A stretch of 64,000 bases of DNA, from the NCBI GenBank assembly GCA_046483305.1, contig JAWODM010000034.1, forward strand, positions 1-64,000, written 5' to 3'. The notes under the pieces are model-generated. The model did not search any database and was not told the origin of the DNA. It saw only the letters and a list, made by a program, of their open reading frames with translations. A program made the translations under genes and the position numbers. Origin of the DNA: Candidatus Krumholzibacteriales bacterium. GTDB lineage: Bacteria > Krumholzibacteriota > Krumholzibacteriia > Krumholzibacteriales > WJIX01. Shown here in pieces: positions 57,666 to 64,000 of this stretch. Numbering within the stretch: position 1 is the stretch's first letter; each line of letters opens with the position of its first letter.

Positions 57666-59231
57666 ATGGTTTTGAATATGAATAATATGATTTTATGGGT
57701 TGACGACGAGATCGAGCTTCTCCGGTCCCATATTATTTTTCTGGAAGAGAAGGGTTACAGCGTCAAGGGTGTATCCAGCGGTGAGGAGGGAGTGGCAGAA
57801 ATAAGGAAGAGTAACTACGATCTGGTATTCCTGGATGAAAATATGCCCGGTAAAGACGGCATCAGCACTCTCCAGGAGATTAAGGCCATTAATATGAATC
57901 TTCCGGTGATCATGGTGACCAAAAACGAAGAAGAGGGGATCATGGACCAGGCGATAGGCCTGAAGATAGATGACTATCTGATCAAACCGATCAATCCTCT
58001 CCAGTCTTATCTGGCGGCGAAGAAGATTCTGCAGTCTTCCAGGATTCAGAAGGATACCCTGAGCAGAGAATATCTGGAGGAGTTCCGGAGGCTGGACAGC
58101 CTTCTTGATTCTGATCTCAGCGCCGATGAATGGAAGGGGATTCACCAGAGTTTATCCAGGTGGGACCTTGAGCTGAGTGATCTCACCAAAACGGGGCTGG
58201 AGCAGATTCACAGCGATCTGAAGGAGAGGAGCAATCAGAAGTTTTCGGAGTTTGTGGTAGAAAACTATAAGGATTGGGTCAATTCTGAAGACCGCCCCCT
58301 TATGACCAAGGACGTTTTTGACAGGTATACCCTGCCTGCTGTTTCGAAGGGAAAACAGGTATACCTGATGGTAATCGACTGCATGAGATATGACCAGTGG
58401 CTGATGATAGAAGATCTTCTGGCTGACCAATATATAATTCACAGGGATTTAATCTATTCTATTCTTCCGTCGGCGACGCCCTATTCGAGAAACGCTATAT
58501 TCTCGGGTCTTTACCCCATAGGCATAAGACAGCAGTACCCGCAGTTCTGGCTGGAGAGAGCGGACGACGACGGCTCGGGCAAGAACCGTTTCGAGATGGA
58601 GTTAATGGAAGAACAGCTCAAGGCCAAAGGTTTCGGTAAGGTCAAATCAAAATATATAAAGATATTCAGCAATGAGGATACCGCGAAGATAAGCGACGAG
58701 ATAGGTTCGTATAAGTCGCTGGATCTGATAGCGATAGTGGTAAACTTTCTGGATATGCTCTCCCATGGCCGGAGCCATATAAGGCTCCTTCAGGAGATTG
58801 CTCCGGATGAGGGGGCTTTCAGGTCTCTGATGAGGTCCTGGTTCATACATTCCGCGCTGTTCGATATTCTGCAGAAAATCAGGAGCGAAGGAGCAACAGT
58901 CATCATCACCACTGATCACGGGTCGGTTTTATGCAGGAGAGCTACCATGGTCAAAGCTAACCGGGAGACATCCACAAACCTGAGATATAAATTCGGAGAG
59001 AATATAAGCTGCGATGAAAAGTACACCTATCATGTTGAGGATCCGAGAAGTATCAAGCTGCCGGCCGAAAGCCCCGCGAAGAACTATATATTCGCCAAAT
59101 CTGATTACTATTTTGTTTATCCCACTAATTATCACAAGTATGAACGGCAGTACAGGAACACTTTCCAGCATGGGGGGATATCCCTGGAGGAGCTTATAGT
59201 TCCCTGTATCAGGCTGGAGCCTAAGTTCTGA
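57666..59231 (+). CDS. porX: PorX-like response regulator with PglZ/alkaline-phosphatase-like domain
   Basis: Receiver ILWVDDEI..L..HI.FL, LDENMPG, TK.EEE..M..AIG; PglZ motifs IDC.RYDQW, ILPSATPYSRNAIF.G, TTDHG and FQHGGISLEE. Upstream of tsaE. Confidence 0.85.
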   Translation: MVLNMNNMILWVDDEIELLRSHIIFLEEKGYSVKGVSSGEEGVAEIRKSNYDLVFLDENMPGKDGISTLQEIKAINMNLPVIMVTKNEEEGIMDQAIGLKIDDYLIKPINPLQSYLAAKKILQSSRIQKDTLSREYLEEFRRLDSLLDSDLSADEWKGIHQSLSRWDLELSDLTKTGLEQIHSDLKERSNQKFSEFVVENYKDWVNSEDRPLMTKDVFDRYTLPAVSKGKQVYLMVIDCMRYDQWLMIEDLLADQYIIHRDLIYSILPSATPYSRNAIFSGLYPIGIRQQYPQFWLERADDDGSGKNRFEMELMEEQLKAKGFGKVKSKYIKIFSNEDTAKISDEIGSYKSLDLIAIVVNFLDMLSHGRSHIRLLQEIAPDEGAFRSLMRSWFIHSALFDILQKIRSEGATVIITTDHGSVLCRRATMVKANRETSTNLRYKFGENISCDEKYTYHVEDPRSIKLPAESPAKNYIFAKSDYYFVYPTNYHKYERQYRNTFQHGGISLEELIVPCIRLEPKF

Positions 59232-59276
59232 TTGCTGATATTATTCCGCTTGTTGTGAATGAACTGCAGGTGATTA

Positions 59277-59774
59277 TTGAAAACGGAAAGATTGAATGAG
59301 TTAAGCGGAGAAATCAGGGAATGGGTCGCGGCAAGCCGCTCGCCGGCCCGGACCGTTTCCATGGGAGAGGTTTTCGGCCGCCTCCTGCCGGAAGGCGCCA
59401 CGGTATCTTTCGAGGGAGGGCTCGGTTCGGGGAAGACCTGTTTCATAAAAGGGGTATGTTCGGGACTGGGAATCCGCGGCGAGGTCCTCAGCCCCAGCTT
59501 TATTCTGGTAGAGGAGTACAGGGGGGATTTCAACGTTCTGCACTTTGATCTCTACCGGTTGGAAGAACTGGGAGATGTCTATCAGACCGGCCTGTTCGAC
59601 GCAGCCGACGGAATGAATATCATACTGGTGGAGTGGGGGGACAGGCTCCCGGAGAACTGTTTTGATTTCGACATAACCGTACGGATTGATATGGAGGGTG
59701 AAAAAATCAGGACTTTCAGATTCATAGGCCCGGCCAATTTTATTGACCGCTTGATGGAGGCGGCTGATGGATAA
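59277..59774 (+). CDS. tsaE: t6A biosynthesis ATPase TsaE
   Basis: Motifs G.LGSGKT, SPSF, HFDLYRL and VEW. Confidence 0.93.
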   Translation: MKTERLNELSGEIREWVAASRSPARTVSMGEVFGRLLPEGATVSFEGGLGSGKTCFIKGVCSGLGIRGEVLSPSFILVEEYRGDFNVLHFDLYRLEELGDVYQTGLFDAADGMNIILVEWGDRLPENCFDFDITVRIDMEGEKIRTFRFIGPANFIDRLMEAADG

Positions 59775-60480
59775 GAATGGTCTGATACTTTCTCTGGATA
59801 CTTCTCACCTCAGGGGCAGTTCGGCTGTCTCCACTGGCAGGGAGCTTCTGTCCGCGGTTTTCTTCAACGCCAGCGATACTCACTCGGCAACCCTGTTGCC
59901 GGCGGTAGATTCATCATTAAGGATGGCCGGGACGGCCCTGGAAGAGATAGAGAAATTCGCGGTGGTTATTGGACCGGGCAGCTTCACCGGCCTTCGAATA
60001 GGCCTTTCCACTATCAAGGCTTTCGCTTCGGTAAGGAAGAAACCGGTGTACACCGTAACCAGCCTGGAGCTTCTGGCGTCAGCTTTTCCCTATTCCGCTC
60101 TTCCTGTAGCTTCCGTTATAGATGCCAGGAGAAACCAGGTTTATTTCGGTCTTTACAACACCAGCTCCGGTATCCCCGAGCAGCTTATCGAACCGGTGGC
60201 GGTGGGGCCAGCCGGGGTCCCCGGCCTTATTTCCTCGGAGGCGGTGCCCGGCAAGACTCTTCTTTGCGGTACCGGAGCTCTCCGATACCTGGATATATTA
60301 AAATCAGAGAATCTTATATTTTCAGGAGAGGGCAGAGTTTTCCCTTCCGCATCCTTTATTCCCGGCCTGTTGGAGGGCAGAGAGCCGGTCAGCTTCGAGC
60401 GGCTGCCCGGGCTCGAACCCCTTTATATAAGGCCCCCGGATGCCAGGCCTTCAGTTAAACTGATGAATAAGCGGGGGTAG
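59767..60480 (+). CDS. tsaB: t6A biosynthesis protein TsaB
   Basis: Motifs LDTS, HS..L.P, GPGSFTGLRIG, DARR and P.Y.R. Confidence 0.93.
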   Translation: MDKNGLILSLDTSHLRGSSAVSTGRELLSAVFFNASDTHSATLLPAVDSSLRMAGTALEEIEKFAVVIGPGSFTGLRIGLSTIKAFASVRKKPVYTVTSLELLASAFPYSALPVASVIDARRNQVYFGLYNTSSGIPEQLIEPVAVGPAGVPGLISSEAVPGKTLLCGTGALRYLDILKSENLIFSGEGRVFPSASFIPGLLEGREPVSFERLPGLEPLYIRPPDARPSVKLMNKRG

Positions 60481-60482
60481 CT

Positions 60483-60932
60483 TTGATGCGGATCAAGGTG
60501 AGAGAAGCGACCGAAGGGGATATCAGCGATATTCTGAGAATAGAATCGGAGAGTTTCGAAATTCCCTGGCCTGAGGCGATGTTCAGGAATCAGCTGGAGC
60601 TCAGGCCCGTAACCCTGTTGTTGATCGCGGAAACCGCATCATCGGTGATCGGATATTCAGTGGTCTGGTTCGAGGGGCCTGATTCCCATATTCTCAATAT
60701 AGCTGTTGACCCTGAGTTAAGAAGGCGGGGAGTGGCCGGCAGAATGGTGGATGAGATTATCAGGATATCCCGGGAGAGGGGTTGCGGAAGGCTGTACCTG
60801 GAGGTAAGAGAAAATAATATACCCGCCAGGGATTTCTACCTGGAAAGGGGATTTCGGATGACGGGAACCATAGAGGGGTATTACCGGGACAGCGGAGAGG
60901 ACGCTCTTTTTCTTGAGCTTTCTTTGAGGTGA
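60483..60932 (+). CDS. rimI: Ribosomal protein S18-alanine N-acetyltransferase
   Basis: Motifs IE..SF..PW, NIAV....RR.G, LEVR..N..A..FY, YY and EDA. Confidence 0.9.
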   Translation: MMRIKVREATEGDISDILRIESESFEIPWPEAMFRNQLELRPVTLLLIAETASSVIGYSVVWFEGPDSHILNIAVDPELRRRGVAGRMVDEIIRISRERGCGRLYLEVRENNIPARDFYLERGFRMTGTIEGYYRDSGEDALFLELSLR

Positions 60933-61732
60933 GGTTCAGGATGGTATTAAAATCAGGGGATATAAAAGCGGATATTGCGGTTATTTTCGGCTCCGGGCTA
61001 TCCGTGTCCTCAGGAATCGGCTCTTTCCGCACCATTGCGGATTATGACGATGTAAAGCAGCTCCCTGTTCCCTCGGTTCCGGGGCATCCCGGGAGGATTG
61101 ATTACTTCAGGAGCGGGAATGGGACTGGAATGCTTCTGTTCATGGGAAGGTCTCATCTTTACGAGGGGATAAACTTCCGCCGGGCCGGGGCAACAGTCAG
61201 AACCGCGGCGGCGATGGGGTGCAGGAAGGTTCTGATAACCAATGCGGCAGGGTGCCTGGTCCCCGGTATTCCCATGGGGAGCTGGCTTGCCCCCGGCAGC
61301 GTGGCCGCTCTGCCAATCCGCCGCCGGGCCGCCGGTGGCCAGGAGAACTTCCGTTACCGTTTCGGCAGAAAAGGAGGCGTCTGCCGCCGTTTCCGGGGCC
61401 TGGTGATAGATTCAGCCCTGAAGGCCGGGCTGAGAGTATTCACCGGGAACCTGTTCTGGAATTCGGGGCCGTGTTACGAAACCCCGGCCGAAGCGCGGGC
61501 CTGCAGAATTATGGGAGCGGATGCGGTTACCATGTCGGTGATGCCGGAATTGACGGCTGCGGGCGAACTCGGCCTGGACGCGGCGGTTCTGAGCTGTATG
61601 ACCAATTACACCCCCAATATTTCCGGGCCCGGGCAATCTCACACGGGAGTGGTGGATAAGTGCAATACGGAAAGGGCGGGATTGCTGGAATTGTTAAGAT
61701 ATCTCAGTGAGGAGGGAAGCCGGGATGGCTGA
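60929..61732 (+). CDS. Purine nucleoside phosphorylase (trimeric PNP type)
   Basis: Motifs GSGL, V.GH.G, GR.H.YEG, TNAAG, GP.YETPAE, GADAV.MS and TN. Confidence 0.85.
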   Translation: MRFRMVLKSGDIKADIAVIFGSGLSVSSGIGSFRTIADYDDVKQLPVPSVPGHPGRIDYFRSGNGTGMLLFMGRSHLYEGINFRRAGATVRTAAAMGCRKVLITNAAGCLVPGIPMGSWLAPGSVAALPIRRRAAGGQENFRYRFGRKGGVCRRFRGLVIDSALKAGLRVFTGNLFWNSGPCYETPAEARACRIMGADAVTMSVMPELTAAGELGLDAAVLSCMTNYTPNISGPGQSHTGVVDKCNTERAGLLELLRYLSEEGSRDG

Positions 61733-61904
61733 AAGCGGAGGCAAAAAAGGAATAAAAGGTTTGTGAGAACCGGCGCTTCGGTGTTAAATTAATATAAATG
61801 GACGGATTCCGTATAATGTCCGGCCGCGGATGAGCTTACCTGTAATTATTCTTTGACAGGCCGGCTGGATCTTTTATACTCGGGGTGTAAACCAGAGGGG
61901 TATT

Positions 61905-62810
61905 ATGAACTGGTTAAAAAGGGCCAGAAAAGGGATAAGAACCTGGCGAAGAAAGAATATTCCGGAAGGCCTCTGGAGGAAATGCCCTTCCTGCGGCGAG
62001 ATCCTTTACAGGGAAAATCTGGAGAAGAATCTTTCCGTCTGCGCAAACTGCGGCAATCATTTCCGCATATCCCCGGATGCATACCTGAGAATCCTGTTTG
62101 ACGAAGGCAGTTTCACCGAGTCCGATCCCGATCTCAGTCCCACCGACCCGCTGAAATTCAAGGACAGGAAGAAATACCCGAATAGAATCAAGGATGCCCA
62201 GAAGAAATCAAAGAGAAAATCAGCGGTGGTAACGGGGACGGCGGAGATTAACGGAATCAGGGTTGCTCTAGCCGTAATGGACTTCTCATTTCTGGGCGGA
62301 AGCATGGGATCAGTAGTGGGAGAGAAGATAGCCAGAACTGTCAGGACAGCGATCAGGGAACGGGTACCTTTCCTGATGGTTTCCGCCTCGGGGGGAGCCA
62401 GGATGCAGGAATCCATACTTTCTCTGATGCAGATGGCCAAGACTTCCGCGGCGGTCGCCCTGCTGGACAGAGCGAATCTTCCATTCATTTCGATTCTAAC
62501 CAATCCGACCACCGGAGGAGTAGCCGCCTCTTTCGCTTTCCAGGGTGATGTGATCATAGCCGAACCTAAGGCTCTTGTCGGTTTTGCCGGCCCGCGTGTA
62601 ATCAGGGAGACTGTAGGGGAGGAGCTCCCCGAAGGTTTTCAGCGTTCCGAATTCCTTCTCGAACGCGGTATGATAGATATGATTGTCTCCCGGGAAGATC
62701 TGAAGCGGACGGTGGGTTTCATTATCGAGAGTTTTGTTAAGGGAAATCCTTGCAGAGAGAAGGAAGAGAACGTGGATGATAGTAGCAAATCACTCTCGCT
62801 CATCTGGTAG
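61905..62810 (+). CDS. accD: Acetyl-CoA carboxylase carboxyltransferase beta subunit
   Basis: Zn finger (KCPSC..CANC), GGSMGSVVGEK, SGGARMQE, PTTGGV.ASF and GFAG.RVI. Confidence 0.96.
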   Translation: MNWLKRARKGIRTWRRKNIPEGLWRKCPSCGEILYRENLEKNLSVCANCGNHFRISPDAYLRILFDEGSFTESDPDLSPTDPLKFKDRKKYPNRIKDAQKKSKRKSAVVTGTAEINGIRVALAVMDFSFLGGSMGSVVGEKIARTVRTAIRERVPFLMVSASGGARMQESILSLMQMAKTSAAVALLDRANLPFISILTNPTTGGVAASFAFQGDVIIAEPKALVGFAGPRVIRETVGEELPEGFQRSEFLLERGMIDMIVSREDLKRTVGFIIESFVKGNPCREKEENVDDSSKSLSLIW

Positions 62811-64000
62811 GGGCAGGCCCTTTTCAAATATAGAATTCCTCTATTCACTCAGACCGACAAATATGAAGCTCGGGCTGGAAAACATTACCGCGGTACTCGA
62901 TTATCTGGGTAATCCTCAGAAAAGATTCCCTTCCGTCCTGGTTGCCGGGACAAATGGCAAGGGCTCGGTTTCCGCGTATTTAACTTCAATTCTCAGGGTG
63001 GCAGGGTTGAAGACAGGAACTTTCTATTCGCCTCACCTGTTCAGGATAAACGAAAGGATCCAGGTAAATGGCAGGGAGATACCTTCATGGGTATTGGATG
63101 CTTATCTGGGCGAGCTGAGGGGTATTCACTCAGACTGCCCGTTTACTTTCTTTGAGGGGGTGACGGCGGCGGCTATCCTTCATTTTGTGGAAAGCGAAGT
63201 GGACGCCGCCGTCTTTGAGGTCGGGCTGGGAGGAAGGCTGGACGCAACCCGGCTGGTAAGTTCCATTCTTTCGGTGATTACCGGTATATCGATAGATCAT
63301 ACCAGGCACCTGGGAAGCACCAGAGAGGAAATCCTGCATGAGAAGCTGGGTGTGGTGAAGAAGGGGATACCGGCGGTGGTGAACCTGGAAAGCCGGCCGC
63401 TTATCTCCATCGCCCGGGAATTCTGCGGCAGGGCAGGTTCTCCGATATACAATGCTGATGCGGAGGCAGAAACTGAGCTGAAGAGCATGAGGGCGGAAAA
63501 GATGCTTTTCAGTTTGAAGACAGAAAGTTATGATTACGGCGATCTCGAATCCCGGATTATCGGGGAGCACCAGCTCAGGAATATTACAACCGCGGTCAGG
63601 TCAGCCGAGGTTCTTTCCGGTATAATGGGCGTTGATTTACGCCGTTATATAAGTGATGGGGTCGGGAAAGCTTTCTTGCCGGGCAGATTTCAGGTTCTGA
63701 GCGGGAGGCCGAGGATTATCATGGACGTATCCCATAATGAGCAGTCGCTGCTCGGTTCCATATCCACCCTCAGGGCGGTATCAGAGCCGGAACATAACAT
63801 AATAGTGTTCGGCTGTATGGAAAGAAAGGATCTGGGGTCTTTCCCGGCGAAGGCTGAGGGCTCTTCCAGGATTCTTCTGCTAGCCCCTCTGAAAGGTTCC
63901 GGGGCGGCGGCCGGGGAAGATCTGGCGGCCCGTTTTGATCTAAAAGGAAAAGCGGCCGGAGCCGCGGGGACCGCGCCGCTGCTCTGTGCCGGTATGAGAG
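62776..64000 (+). CDS. folC: Folylpolyglutamate synthase/dihydrofolate synthase, partial (runs off the window)
   Basis: Not in the ORF track. Manual translation from ATG 62776 gives MKLGLE, LGNPQ, VAGTNGKGS, YSPHL..INERI, EVGLGGRLDAT, GRFQ and DVSHN. Follows accD. Confidence 0.92.
   Translation, partial: MIVANHSRSSGRGRPFSNIEFLYSLRPTNMKLGLENITAVLDYLGNPQKRFPSVLVAGTNGKGSVSAYLTSILRVAGLKTGTFYSPHLFRINERIQVNGREIPSWVLDAYLGELRGIHSDCPFTFFEGVTAAAILHFVESEVDAAVFEVGLGGRLDATRLVSSILSVITGISIDHTRHLGSTREEILHEKLGVVKKGIPAVVNLESRPLISIAREFCGRAGSPIYNADAEAETELKSMRAEKMLFSLKTESYDYGDLESRIIGEHQLRNITTAVRSAEVLSGIMGVDLRRYISDGVGKAFLPGRFQVLSGRPRIIMDVSHNEQSLLGSISTLRAVSEPEHNIIVFGCMERKDLGSFPAKAEGSSRILLLAPLKGSGAAAGEDLAARFDLKGKAAGAAGTAPLLCAGMR

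Noticed and set aside
4994..63570. Numerous long antisense or alternative-frame ORFs in the track (e.g. 4994-5830, 30498-31289, 33216-33947, 63130-63570)
   Set aside because: They overlap well-supported genes, carry no recognisable motifs, and are expected from GC-rich codon usage.

Overview
A 64-kb chromosomal segment, moderately GC-rich, from a diderm and probably anaerobic bacterium. The combination of Tol-Pal, HdrABC-MvhDGA, class V FBP aldolase/phosphatase and PorX-TsaE would fit an FCB-related lineage such as Latescibacterota/Krumholzibacteriota; this is inference only. Most of the window is housekeeping: the tol-pal operon, two CNNM transporters, acpS, kynU, an electron-bifurcating Hdr-Mvh hydrogenase cluster, an RND efflux operon, nucleotide-sugar genes, serS, a PorX-like two-component pair, tsaE-tsaB-rimI, PNP, accD and a partial folC. 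Two regions are accessory. (1) 1-3100 holds an IS end followed by a decaying integron cassette array with no integrase in view: several attC sites with TIR, Zn-ribbon/HEPN pseudogene and RlaP-type nucleotidyltransferase cargo. (2) 42.7-46.3 kb holds a MITE with an 8-bp target duplication, an XRE regulator with five 21-bp-phased operator-like boxes, and an AT-rich, convergently arranged AbiEi/AbiEii-type pair with large operator palindromes. The clearest unannotated element is an apparently complete cysteine attenuator upstream of cysteine synthase: a 23-aa Cys-Cys-Cys leader peptide, an antiterminator and an intrinsic terminator. Other leads are a promoter-fronted structured intergenic region after hypA and a catalytically degenerate HemC paralog. 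All calls come from reading the sequence by eye; no searches were run.
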